DNA of 54,506 nucleotides from Bacteroidaceae bacterium (GTDB lineage Bacteria; Actinomycetota; Coriobacteriia; Coriobacteriales; CADBOM01): NCBI GenBank assembly GCA_963624975.1, contig CAVFRF010000064.1, positions 1 to 54,506 of the forward strand, read 5' to 3'. Shown piece by piece: positions 31,140 to 40,135 of this stretch (position 1 is its first letter; each line of letters starts with the position of its first letter). The notes under the pieces were generated by a model. It saw only the letters and a program-made list of their open reading frames with translations, ran no database searches and was not told where the DNA came from. The position numbers and the translations under genes were made by a program.

Positions 31140-31553
31140 ATGCTCAGAGTTGCAGTTACGCACGACAACGGCGAGGTTTTCCAGCATTTCGGGCACACCG
31201 AGGAGTTCAAGATCTACGACATCGTGGACGGCAAGGTCATCCACAGCGAGGTCATCGGAACCAACGGCTCCGGTCACGGCGCGCTGGCGGGATTCCTGCA
31301 CGAAGACTCGGTGGACGTCCTCATCTGCGGGGGCATCGGAGGCGGCGCGCAGGTGGCGCTCGCCGAGGCTGGCATCAAGCTATACGGCGGGGTTTCCGGC
31401 AACGCCGACGAAGCGGTGGCCGCGCTCATCGAGGGCCGTCTGGACTACAACCCCAACGTGCAGTGCAACCATCACTCCCACGAGGAGGGACACTCGTGCG
31501 GCCACGGCGAGGGCCACTCGTGCGGCAGCGAGGGCCACACCTGCGGCCACTAG
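31140..31553 (+). CDS. NifB/NifX-like (dinitrogenase FeMo-cofactor-binding domain) protein with His/Cys-rich tail
   Basis: MLRVAVTHDNGEVFQHFGHTEEFKIYD...VDVLICGGIGGGA is typical of the NifX/NifB C-terminal family. The C-terminus carries three EGHxCG repeats. Confidence 0.8.
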   Translation: MLRVAVTHDNGEVFQHFGHTEEFKIYDIVDGKVIHSEVIGTNGSGHGALAGFLHEDSVDVLICGGIGGGAQVALAEAGIKLYGGVSGNADEAVAALIEGRLDYNPNVQCNHHSHEEGHSCGHGEGHSCGSEGHTCGH

Positions 31554-31620
31554 CCCGCGCTGCGCCCCGCCGGCTGTGGCAAGTTATTGCGATTTCCGAA
31601 GGTTCTAGCCTAAGGGTAGA

Positions 31621-31654
31621 CGCCCGCCGCATCGATAGCGCGATGCGGCGGGCG
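31621..31654 (+). terminator. Hairpin terminator after the NifX-like gene
   Basis: Perfect 14-bp arms CGCCCGCCGCATCG and CGATGCGGCGGGCG with a 6-nt loop, followed by CTTCTGCTT. Confidence 0.6.
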
Positions 31655-31675
31655 CTTCTGCTTGCCCCCGAGTTC

Positions 31676-31909
31676 GCTTGACAAGAATCCGCCCTCGAGT
31701 GTTCAGAAACCCCGACACATGACGGTGCGAAGAGGCACTTCCGGACCTGCCCGAAAGGATTCTTAGTTTCAAACCCTTGGATATGGCGATTCAACACAAC
31801 ATATAGTGGTTGAGCATTTGGCCTTTTCTTCCAGAGTTCCTTCCCGAGACGGCGGAACCGTCATGTGTCGGGGTTTTTGAACCGTGCGACCCCGAATCTT
31901 GTCAAAAAC
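31676..31909. repeat. Foldback/MITE-like element with 25-bp near-perfect inverted arms
   Basis: TTCAGAAACCCCGACACATGACGGT (31702..31726) against ACCGTCATGTGTCGGGGTTTTTGAA (31857..31881) matches 24/25. An outer TTGACAAGA/TCTTGTCAA pair is also present. The arms enclose about 130 bp with no ORF. Confidence 0.75.
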
Positions 31910-32009
31910 ATACCTTTCAGACTCTTGAAAAGTCGATATGTTAGAGGCTATCGTGAAACCAGCTCGAAAGCCTAATTCGCAATCTTGATACCTTCAGGAG
32001 AACACGAAG

Positions 32010-32330
32010 ATGGAGTACAGCTTTCAAATTGGACTTCTCGACAACGATATCCCTGCAAAAGCTCTCATGCTCATCAAACGCACCACGGGAATTTCGTTTG
32101 CAGAAGTCAAACAGAAAACTGCTATGGGAGAGCCATTTTTCTCATGCAGCCTGAGCGATGACAAAAGGCTGCAGACAATAGTCAACCTATACAAATCTCT
32201 TGAAGCTCAAAACGTTCAAGCACAGCTCTACGATACCGGCAAGCCGGAAACGATTGACGTTTTGGAGAATACCCTTGCTTCACATATCGATACGTCAAAT
32301 GAGTTGGGCTTCGATGAACTCGAAATCTGA
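32010..32330 (+). CDS. Small acidic protein, paralog 1 of 3 (immunity-like)
   Basis: 106 aa with an AGGAG RBS. It shares the N-terminal pattern MEYsF.I...d.IPAkaLM.IKr.TgiSfaEVK with the next two ORFs. Confidence 0.7.
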   Translation: MEYSFQIGLLDNDIPAKALMLIKRTTGISFAEVKQKTAMGEPFFSCSLSDDKRLQTIVNLYKSLEAQNVQAQLYDTGKPETIDVLENTLASHIDTSNELGFDELEI

Positions 32331-32354
32331 AGTTCTCTACGAGTTGGAATCGCC

Positions 32355-32660
32355 ATGGAATACACATATGCGATAGTAGTATCGGTAACAGAGATGCCGG
32401 TCAGCGCACTGATGAAAGTGAAGAAACTCACCCACTTGTCGTTGGCCGATATCAAAGCGAGAGTCGCCTCGCGTTCGCCTCTCTACGAATGCAACTGTTC
32501 AGACGAATGTGGAATGGTATTACTTCTTGCCTTGTTCAACGCGCTCGACTCAGAGGGAATCGAACCTGTTTTCCTAGATTGCGGCGAATCAGCACCTATT
32601 CAGTATCTTCGAAATGCGCTCGAATCATATCGGAGAATCTCAGAGCAGGAAAACGATTAA
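32355..32660 (+). CDS. Small acidic protein, paralog 2 of 3
   Basis: 101 aa. MEYTYAIVVSVTEMPVSALMKVKKLTHLSLADIKARV aligns with paralogs 1 and 3. Confidence 0.7.
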   Translation: MEYTYAIVVSVTEMPVSALMKVKKLTHLSLADIKARVASRSPLYECNCSDECGMVLLLALFNALDSEGIEPVFLDCGESAPIQYLRNALESYRRISEQEND

Positions 32661-32689
32661 CGCAGTCCGAGATCATGAACAGGAGCAAC

Positions 32690-32770
32690 ATGGACGAACT
32701 TTGGTTTGGCATACAGTTGATGTCTGACGACATCCCCGCAAAGCGCATTCGCAAAATCAACGAATTCTAG
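32690..32770 (+). pseudogene. 26-codon truncated remnant of the same paralog family
   Basis: MDELWFGIQLMSDDIPAKRIRKINEF-stop matches the N-terminal consensus (compare MEYSFQIGLLDNDIPAKALMLIKR). It is preceded by AGGAG. Confidence 0.6.
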
Positions 32771-32779
32771 GAGCGCGCT

Positions 32780-33091
32780 ATGACTGATGCTACATACTCC
32801 ATCGCAATCGATGGCACCTCGATTCCCGCGAGTTCTCTCATGAAAATCAAGAAGCTCACCAATCTCACTTTGCCTGAAGTCAAAGGCAAAATACAGTCGC
32901 ATGAAGCACTCGTAACATGCACATGCATCGATGACGATGGGCTTTCTCTTATCAAAAGACTGTACGACGAACTCGAAACGGACGGCATCGATTGCCAGAT
33001 CTATCGTCGCGGGCAACCGGAACCGTACGAACTCTTCGAAAACCTGCTGGAAACGAACCGTCAGATCCACGAGGAGGAATATCCCTACTAG
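32780..33091 (+). CDS. Small acidic protein, paralog 3 of 3
   Basis: 103 aa with an AGGAG RBS. MTDATYSIAIDGTSIPASSLMKIKKLTNLTLPEVKGKI aligns with paralogs 1 and 2. Confidence 0.7.
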   Translation: MTDATYSIAIDGTSIPASSLMKIKKLTNLTLPEVKGKIQSHEALVTCTCIDDDGLSLIKRLYDELETDGIDCQIYRRGQPEPYELFENLLETNRQIHEEEYPY

Positions 33092-33139
33092 CAGCCCGGG
33101 GCGCGGGCCAAGCAGCAAGGCGTGCGCCCGCAGCAGGAC

Positions 33140-33955
33140 TCACAGCCTCGTGGCTACCACCTTGAAGAGCGGGGTGTTCTCGAAGTTGCGGCGCTCCTCG
33201 GCGTTCCAGATGCGGCGGTACACGTCCTGGTCGCACTCCACCGCCATGCCCAGCGATTCCAGCACCGCAACGTCCCACGCCGGACGCACGATCTGCGACA
33301 GCGGCACGCGCATCGCGATCGACTCCATGGCATTCACATCGGTCTCCACGTATGTGCCGTCGATCGCGCTGTGCGCCACTAGGTCGCGGGTGCTGCCGGC
33401 ATCGGCGCCATCGACGTAGAGGTAGTTGTACCAGTTGGCATCGAAGTTGACCAGCACGCCGCCGGGACGCAGCACGCGGTGCCACTCCCTGTAGGCGGCC
33501 TCGGGGTGAGGCAGGTCCCAGGTGAGGTTGCGCGTGACGATCGCGTCGAACGAGCAGTCGTCGAACTCGAGGTGCTCGGCATCCATGAGACGGAAGTCGA
33601 TGGCGCCCTCCAGCTCGGCGGCGTTGGCGCGTGCCTGCTCGATCATCGAGGGCGTGTAGTCGATGGCCGTCATACGGTAGCCGCGCGATGCCAGCATCAC
33701 CGAGAAGATACCCGGGCCGCAGCCGATGTCGAGCACCTTGGCATCGCTCGGCGACATGCCGGGCAGCGCCTTCTCGAGAGAGCAGGACAGCTCGCTTTCC
33801 CACACGTCCCTCTTGCTGGTGAACAGCTCGGTGCGATTCTGCTGCGAGTAGCTGGCGGCACGCTGCGTCCAGTACTCGATGTTGTCGCTCTTGACCTCGC
33901 ATGTTGCGCAGTCCCGGGAAACCTGCGCCTCCATAGTCGTGATGTAGCCGCTCAT
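33140..33955 (-). CDS. Class I SAM-dependent methyltransferase
   Basis: SAM-binding motif I VLDIGCGPGIF and post-I AIDYTPSMI are present, with RPGGVLV downstream. Confidence 0.88.
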   Translation of the reverse strand: MSGYITTMEAQVSRDCATCEVKSDNIEYWTQRAASYSQQNRTELFTSKRDVWESELSCSLEKALPGMSPSDAKVLDIGCGPGIFSVMLASRGYRMTAIDYTPSMIEQARANAAELEGAIDFRLMDAEHLEFDDCSFDAIVTRNLTWDLPHPEAAYREWHRVLRPGGVLVNFDANWYNYLYVDGADAGSTRDLVAHSAIDGTYVETDVNAMESIAMRVPLSQIVRPAWDVAVLESLGMAVECDQDVYRRIWNAEERRNFENTPLFKVVATRL

Positions 33956-33970
33956 ATCGCACTGCTCCTT

Positions 33971-35461
33971 TCAGTCGCAAACCGCAGAGGCCTGCTGTTG
34001 CGTCTCCCCTGCAGCCTTGCCTCCATCGTCGATATTCGAGTTGTCTTGCCGAACCTGCGCACGATCGCGCTCGCATCCGCCGTTGCCATGCGGCGACATG
34101 CAGCGAATCCCGGGGCGAACCCCGAGCCAGTAGTAGGTGAACATGAGCGCCGCCGCCACGGCCCAGGTGATTGGAAACACCATCACCACGCCCACGTCGC
34201 CGAAGCTCGCCAGGGTCGTTGCGCGAAGCAGCACGACGCGCCCGACGGCGTAGCAGCACAGTATGACGAGCATGGGCGCCGACGCATGCCCCGTGCCCCT
34301 CGAAGCGCCCGCATACACCTCCACTATGGCGTAGAGCCAGTAGAACGGCAGCGACGCGAAGAACAGCGAGACCCCGATCGATACCACCTCGGAGTCGCTG
34401 GTGAACAGCCCGAACGCGGGGGCGGCCAGAGCGAGCAGGACACCTGCCACCGCAACAGCAGTGCCGCACGCCATGCCCAGACAGCATCTCACGCCCGACT
34501 GCACGCGCGCATTGCGGCCCGCGCCCATGTTCTGCGCGGTGAATACCGTGGCGGCCTGGCCTATGGCCAGCACGGGCTCGTAGATGAACATCTCGAGCTT
34601 GAAGTACGCCGTGAACGCGGCGATGCCGGCCGACCCGCCGGCGTTGATCACGCTCTGCACGAACGCGTTGGACAGCGTGACCGCCAGGCTCTGCAATCCG
34701 CACGGCACGCCCACCTTGAGAATCGCCGAGAGGCTGGCCGCATCGGGCCTGGCCGCACGCGTTGCCAAGCGCCCCGGCGCGAGCACCAGAGCCGTGGCCC
34801 ATGCGCATGCGATGCCCTGCGCGATGAACGTGGCCCACGCGATGCCGGCCACGCCAAAGTCGAGCACCAGCACGAACAGCGCATCGAGCGCGACGTTCGC
34901 GATGCCGCCCACGACCTGCGCCACAAGCGGAGTGCGCGAGTCGCCCACGCCGCGCAGCACGCCGGCCGACATGTTGTATACCACGATGAACGGCACGCCG
35001 AGGAAGTAGACCTGCAGGTAGAGCGTGGCATCTGCGAACACGTTCGCCGGCACTGCCATGAGAGACGACAGCGCGGGCGACAGCGCGAAGCCGATGGCGG
35101 CTACCACGATGCCGCCTGCCACGGCCAGCACGAGAGCCGTTGCGGCAGCCGACGCGACCCCCGCGTTGTCGCCCGACCCGAACCTTCTGGCCACCAGCAC
35201 GTTGGCTCCCACTGAGAGGCCGGTAAAGAAGCTCACCTGGCAAATGGCCGCAAGCGAGCTGGCGCCCACGGCGGCGATGCCCTCGGCTCCCAGCGCGTTG
35301 CCAGCGAACAGCGCGTCGACCATCGAGTACATGAGCTGCACCAGGCTCGACCCCAGCAGCGGCAGGGTGAACGTCGCGATGCCGCGCGCGATGGAGCCCT
35401 GCGTGAGGTCGCGCGCCCCCGCCCCGGACCGCCTGCTGCTATGGTTGCGCGCCAAGCCCAT
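33971..35461 (-). CDS. MATE-family efflux transporter
   Basis: 496 aa with 12 predicted TM-like hydrophobic runs. It has the typical N-terminal TFTLPLLGSSLVQLMYSMVDALFAG. Confidence 0.9.
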   Translation of the reverse strand: MGLARNHSSRRSGAGARDLTQGSIARGIATFTLPLLGSSLVQLMYSMVDALFAGNALGAEGIAAVGASSLAAICQVSFFTGLSVGANVLVARRFGSGDNAGVASAAATALVLAVAGGIVVAAIGFALSPALSSLMAVPANVFADATLYLQVYFLGVPFIVVYNMSAGVLRGVGDSRTPLVAQVVGGIANVALDALFVLVLDFGVAGIAWATFIAQGIACAWATALVLAPGRLATRAARPDAASLSAILKVGVPCGLQSLAVTLSNAFVQSVINAGGSAGIAAFTAYFKLEMFIYEPVLAIGQAATVFTAQNMGAGRNARVQSGVRCCLGMACGTAVAVAGVLLALAAPAFGLFTSDSEVVSIGVSLFFASLPFYWLYAIVEVYAGASRGTGHASAPMLVILCCYAVGRVVLLRATTLASFGDVGVVMVFPITWAVAAALMFTYYWLGVRPGIRCMSPHGNGGCERDRAQVRQDNSNIDDGGKAAGETQQQASAVCD

Positions 35462-35673
35462 CTGGCTCCTTCTCGAAAAGTTTCGACTTGCAGTGTTACG
35501 TTTTCGGAATTTGTGTTACTACTATAGCAAGCAACGCAATGGCAAGCGGAATTTGCGCGTTTCACAATTTGGATTCGCGCAGATGCGGACGGTGGAAGGC
35601 TCGAAGGCAGCGGCGTAGCGCGCACAGCACAGCGCGGCGGCTCGAAAGCCAGGGGAAGACGGCAGGGCGACCA

Positions 35674-36642
35674 TTGAAGACCTACATAGCCAGAAGGCTG
35701 CTTCAGCTCATACCCATATTGCTGGGCATCACGCTGCTGTCGTTCCTGCTCATGTGGGCGGCCGGCGGCGATGCCGTTACCACCATGATCGAGAACCAGG
35801 GCGTGGCGGTGTCGCAGGAAGTGATCGACGCCCGCCGGCACGAGCTGGGGCTCGACCAGCCGTTCATCGTGCAGTACCTCTCGTGGCTCGGCGGCTTCGT
35901 GACCGGCAACATGGGCACGAGCTACGTGTCGGGCAACAGCGTGCTGGGCACGTTCGGACAGAAGCTCCCCGTTACCATCGTGCTGGCGCTGGCCTCGATG
36001 ATCCTCACGCTGGCCATCTCGATTCCCCTGGGCATCCTGTGCGCGGTCAAGCGCAACAAGGCCGTGGACTACGTGGTGAGGGCGCTGGGATTCGTGGGCA
36101 ACTCGCTGCCCGGGTTCGTGGTGGCGCTGCTGCTGATGCTGGTGTTCGCGGTAAAGCTGGGCTGGCTTCCGGCCATATCGTCGACGATAGGCAAGAGCGG
36201 GCTGGCTTCCATTAGCTGGCAGGGCGCGGTGATGCCCACGCTCACGCTGGCCATCGCGATGTCGGCGAAGTACACGAGGCAAATCCGCGCCACGGTGCTC
36301 GACGAGCTGGGCAAGCCCTACGTGCAGGGCGCACGCGCACGAGGCGTGCCCGAGCGCACCATCCTCTTCAAGAACGTGCTGAAGAGCTGCCTGCCCGTGA
36401 TCGTGACGCTGGTGGCGCTCTCGATCGGCGACCTCCTGGGAGGCACCGCCATCGTAGAGACCATCTTCGGCTGGGACGGCGTGGGCAAGCTCGCAGTGGA
36501 TTCCATCTCGATGCGCGACTACCCCATGATCCAGGCCTATGTAGCTTGGATGGCCATCATATATGTGGTGGTGAACCTCGTGGCCGACATCGTGCACCGC
36601 AAGCTCGACCCCAGGGTGGCGGCCGAGGAGGTGGCACGATGA
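35674..36642 (+). CDS. ABC transporter permease (Opp/Dpp/Nik B-type)
   Basis: TTG start giving (M)KTYIARRLLQLIPILLGITLLSF, the canonical family N-terminus. 322 aa. Confidence 0.88.
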   Translation: MKTYIARRLLQLIPILLGITLLSFLLMWAAGGDAVTTMIENQGVAVSQEVIDARRHELGLDQPFIVQYLSWLGGFVTGNMGTSYVSGNSVLGTFGQKLPVTIVLALASMILTLAISIPLGILCAVKRNKAVDYVVRALGFVGNSLPGFVVALLLMLVFAVKLGWLPAISSTIGKSGLASISWQGAVMPTLTLAIAMSAKYTRQIRATVLDELGKPYVQGARARGVPERTILFKNVLKSCLPVIVTLVALSIGDLLGGTAIVETIFGWDGVGKLAVDSISMRDYPMIQAYVAWMAIIYVVVNLVADIVHRKLDPRVAAEEVAR

Positions 36643-37583
36643 GCGAGCAGACAAGAACCGAGGAGCCGCAGCCGCAATCCGCGGGCGAATCGCGCCAGCG
36701 CCGCCCTCGCACCGGGCTCAGCATGCGCGTGAAGGTGCTGGCCGTGCTGGCCGCGGCCATCGTGGTGGTGGCGCTGCTGGCTCCCCTGATCGTGCCGTAC
36801 GACCCCTACGAGCAGGACCTCTCGCAGGCGCTCGTGGCGCCTAGCGCGCAGCATCTGGCCGGCACCGACCGCTACGGGCGCGACCTGTTCTCGAGGGTGC
36901 TCATAGGCGCGCAGTCGTCGATCCTGTACACGTTCGCGCTGGTGGCGATCGCCGCCGCCGTGGGCACTTCGATCGGCATGCTCGCCGGATGGCGCGGGGG
37001 CAGGCTCGACTCGGTGCTCATGCGCACCTCCGACGTGTTCCTGGCGTTTCCGGGGCTGGTGTTCGCTCTGGCGGTGGCCGGCGTGATGGGCGGCGGCATG
37101 ATGGGCGCGGTTATAGCGCTCGCAGCCATATCGTGGCCGCGCTACGCCAGGCTCTCGCGCAGCCTCACCCTCTCGCAGAAGAACCTCCCCTACCTCGACG
37201 CGGCACGTCTCTCGGGATGCTCCACGGCGCGTCTCATCGCATCGCACGTGCTGCCCAACATCGCAGGGCCACTGCTGGTAACCGCCATGCTCGACATAGG
37301 CGCCATGATGATGGAGCTTGCAGGCCTGTCGTTCCTGGGGCTTGGCGCGCAGGCCCCCTCGGCAGAATGGGGCTCGATGCTCTCGGACAGCCGCAACCTG
37401 CTGCAAACCGCGCCCTGGACGATGGCCGCTCCCGGCATCGCGATATTCGTGACCGTGGCCGTGTTCAACCTGCTGGGCGACTCGGTGCGCGACCAGATGG
37501 ATCCGGATTCTACGCAGCGCCGCAAATGGAGGCGCCGCGTGCTTGCGGGAAACAAGGGAAGCAACAGAGAGGAACTCGCATGA
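36639..37583 (+). CDS. ABC transporter permease (Opp/Dpp/Nik C-type)
   Basis: The ATGA junction overlaps the upstream stop. It contains LAPLIVPYDPYEQD...HLAGTDRYGRDLFSRV, typical of the C-type permease. Confidence 0.9.
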   Translation: MSEQTRTEEPQPQSAGESRQRRPRTGLSMRVKVLAVLAAAIVVVALLAPLIVPYDPYEQDLSQALVAPSAQHLAGTDRYGRDLFSRVLIGAQSSILYTFALVAIAAAVGTSIGMLAGWRGGRLDSVLMRTSDVFLAFPGLVFALAVAGVMGGGMMGAVIALAAISWPRYARLSRSLTLSQKNLPYLDAARLSGCSTARLIASHVLPNIAGPLLVTAMLDIGAMMMELAGLSFLGLGAQAPSAEWGSMLSDSRNLLQTAPWTMAAPGIAIFVTVAVFNLLGDSVRDQMDPDSTQRRKWRRRVLAGNKGSNREELA

Positions 37584-39157
37584 AAAGCATCACGAAGAGG
37601 AAGAACGGGCTGCGCTTGCTGGCAGCCGCGCTGGCTTGCGCCATAGCGGCGGCGGGGCTGCTCGCCGGATGTGGCGGCTCCGACGCGAGCGCGGGCGGCA
37701 AGACGCTCGTGCTGGGCACCACCGACTACGGCGTGGCGGCAGAAGATGCCGGACTCAATCCGCACGAGAACTACTCGGGCTGGAGCGCGGTGCGCTACGG
37801 CGTGGGCGAGACGCTGTTCAAGTTCAGCAACGACATGGAGCCGGAGCCCTGGCTGGCCACCGGCTACGAGTTCATCGACGAGACCCATTGCAGGATCGAC
37901 CTGCGCGAGGGCGTGAGGTTCACCTCCGGCCGCGCGATGGACGCTCAGGCCGTGAAGGAATGCCTCGACGACCTGCTGGCCACCAACGACCGCGCTCCGG
38001 GCGACACCAAGATCTCGAGCATCGAGGCCTCCGGAGACGGCAAGTCCATCGTCGTGGAGACCTCGGAGCCCTGCCCCGCCCTCATCAACTACCTGAGCGA
38101 CCCCTACGGGGCCATCATCGACATGCAGGTGGGCGTGAGCGAGGACAAGAACGTGAGCGGAACCGGTCCCTACAAGGCCACCGCGGTCTCCGACACCGAG
38201 ATTACCCTGGTGCCCAACACCGACTACTGGAACGGCACCCCCAAGCTCGACAGCATCATCGTGAAGACGATCGAAGACGGCGACACGCTCACCGCAGCGC
38301 TGCAGTCGGGGCAGATCAACGTCAGCTACGGCATACCCTATGCCAGCTACCCGCTGTTCGAGAATTCCAGCGACTACTCCATCAGCAGCTGCAGCACGTC
38401 GCGCACGTTCTTCGTGCAGGCCAACTACGCTTCGTCGGTGATGCAGGACGACGCGGTGCGCGAGGCGCTGTGCATGGGAGTGGACAAGCAGAGCTTCATC
38501 GACACCCTGCTCGACGGCAAGGGCGAGGCGGCCAAGGGGCCGTATCCGTCGTCGATGACGTTCGGGGACAACGAGGTGACCGCCAGCAGCTACGACCCCG
38601 AGGGCGCCAAGCAGATTCTGGAGCAGGCCGGCTGGACCGACATCGACGGCGACGGCATCCGCGAGAAGAACGGGCAGAAACTCACCATCCGCTGGCTCAC
38701 CTACCCCGGACGCGTGGAACTGCCGCTCCTGGCGGAGTCGGCGCAGGCCACGCTGGCCGAAATCGGCATCGACGTGCAGGTCAACAACACCGCCAACCAC
38801 GCCACGGTGCGCACCGACACCACCGCCTGGGACGTTTATGCCAGCGCCCTGGTGACCGCACCCACGGGCGACCCCGAGTACTTCTTCAGCTCGACCTGCC
38901 TGAGCGATTCGCCCAAGAACTACGGCGGGTACTCCAACTCTCAGCTCGACGATCTGGCCGAAGAGCTGCACGGCACCTTCGACAGCAGCAAGCGAGCCGA
39001 GCTTGCGGTGAAGATGCAGCAGACGCTGCTCGACGACCACGGGTTCCTCTTCGTGTCGCATCTCGAGATGGGCACGGTGAACAAGTCGAGCGTGACGGGC
39101 GTCCAGGCCCATCCGAGCGACTACTACGAGATCACGGTGGACACCGACGTGAACTAG
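37580..39157 (+). CDS. ABC substrate-binding lipoprotein, family 5 (peptide/nickel type)
   Basis: It has a signal peptide with lipobox LLAGCGG. The 525-aa body has family-5 features (PWLATGYEFIDET...VRFTSG). Confidence 0.9.
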   Translation: MKSITKRKNGLRLLAAALACAIAAAGLLAGCGGSDASAGGKTLVLGTTDYGVAAEDAGLNPHENYSGWSAVRYGVGETLFKFSNDMEPEPWLATGYEFIDETHCRIDLREGVRFTSGRAMDAQAVKECLDDLLATNDRAPGDTKISSIEASGDGKSIVVETSEPCPALINYLSDPYGAIIDMQVGVSEDKNVSGTGPYKATAVSDTEITLVPNTDYWNGTPKLDSIIVKTIEDGDTLTAALQSGQINVSYGIPYASYPLFENSSDYSISSCSTSRTFFVQANYASSVMQDDAVREALCMGVDKQSFIDTLLDGKGEAAKGPYPSSMTFGDNEVTASSYDPEGAKQILEQAGWTDIDGDGIREKNGQKLTIRWLTYPGRVELPLLAESAQATLAEIGIDVQVNNTANHATVRTDTTAWDVYASALVTAPTGDPEYFFSSTCLSDSPKNYGGYSNSQLDDLAEELHGTFDSSKRAELAVKMQQTLLDDHGFLFVSHLEMGTVNKSSVTGVQAHPSDYYEITVDTDVN

Positions 39158-39167
39158 AGCTCCTACA

Positions 39168-39220
39168 GCCGATGAGCCGCCCCGCGTCGCGCAAAGCCCA
39201 AGGCGCGGCGGCTCATCGGC
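39168..39220 (+). terminator. Long intercistronic hairpin after the binding-protein gene
   Basis: Perfect 14-bp arms GCCGATGAGCCGCC and GGCGGCTCATCGGC with extra inner pairs. It sits between the SBP stop and the ATPase start, in a position classical for differential mRNA stability or attenuation. Confidence 0.55.
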
Positions 39221-39265
39221 GCCCCTACCCGCTAGGACCCCCACGAGAAAGGCCGCAAGGCGACG

Positions 39266-40135
39266 ATGCCAGTACCGCTGCTCGAATTCGACAACGTGAA
39301 AATCCGCTACGGCGACCCCGGCTCCGACGGCTGCACAGATGCCGTGCGGGGCGTGTCGGCTGCAGTTTGCGCCGGCCAGACGCTGGGCATCGTGGGCGAG
39401 TCGGGCAGCGGCAAGAGCACGCTGGCCAAGGCCGCCATGGGCCTGCTCGGCAACGGCGGCAGCGTATGGGAGGGCGACATCAGGTTCATGGGCGCCAGCA
39501 TCCTCGCGTTGCCGGAGTCCAGGATGCGCGAGATGCGCGGACTGGAGATGACCATGGTGTTCCAGGACTGCCTGGCGGCGCTGACCCCCACCCGCAAGGT
39601 CGCCGACCAGGTGGTGGAGATGGCGATGTCGCACATGGATGCCGGCGGCGGCGGACGCTACGGAGGAGGCCTTGGCAACAGCGGGCGGAGGCGCCCGCGC
39701 ACCAAGGTATCGCGCTCCGAACGCGAGGCCATCGAGGCCCGTGCATGCAGCTTCCTGCTGCGCCTCAACGTCAAGGATCCCGAGAGGGTGATGGCCAGCT
39801 ACCCCTTCGAGCTGTCTGGAGGCCTGGGGCAGCGAGTGGGCATCATGATGGCGCTCTTCCCAGAACCCAAGGTCCTGCTGCTCGACGAGCCCACCAGCGC
39901 GCTCGACGTGGTGTCGCAGCGGCAGGTGGTCGACGAGCTGGCCGGCATCGGCGAGCGAGCCGACGTGGCGATGATGCTGGTCACCCACAACATCGGCGTT
40001 GTGCGGAAGCTGGCCGACCATATAGTGGTGATGAAGGACGGCATGGTGATGGAGTCGGGTCCGGCATCCAGCGTGCTGGAGGACCCACAGAGCAGCTACA
40101 CCCGCGAGCTTCTGGAGGCGGTGCCACGTGGATAG
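39266..40135 (+). CDS. ABC transporter ATP-binding protein (OppD/NikD-type)
   Basis: Walker A GESGSGKST, signature LSGGLGQR, Walker B LLLDEPTSALD. Confidence 0.93.
   Translation: MPVPLLEFDNVKIRYGDPGSDGCTDAVRGVSAAVCAGQTLGIVGESGSGKSTLAKAAMGLLGNGGSVWEGDIRFMGASILALPESRMREMRGLEMTMVFQDCLAALTPTRKVADQVVEMAMSHMDAGGGGRYGGGLGNSGRRRPRTKVSRSEREAIEARACSFLLRLNVKDPERVMASYPFELSGGLGQRVGIMMALFPEPKVLLLDEPTSALDVVSQRQVVDELAGIGERADVAMMLVTHNIGVVRKLADHIVVMKDGMVMESGPASSVLEDPQSSYTRELLEAVPRG

Larger units (their letters stand above)
31680..33095. mobile_element. AT-rich islet 2 carrying a tandem array of small paralogous genes
   Basis: A sampled line (32041..32100) counts 28/60 GC. It is bounded by GC-rich housekeeping-type genes on both sides. 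No recombinase is present. Confidence 0.45.
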
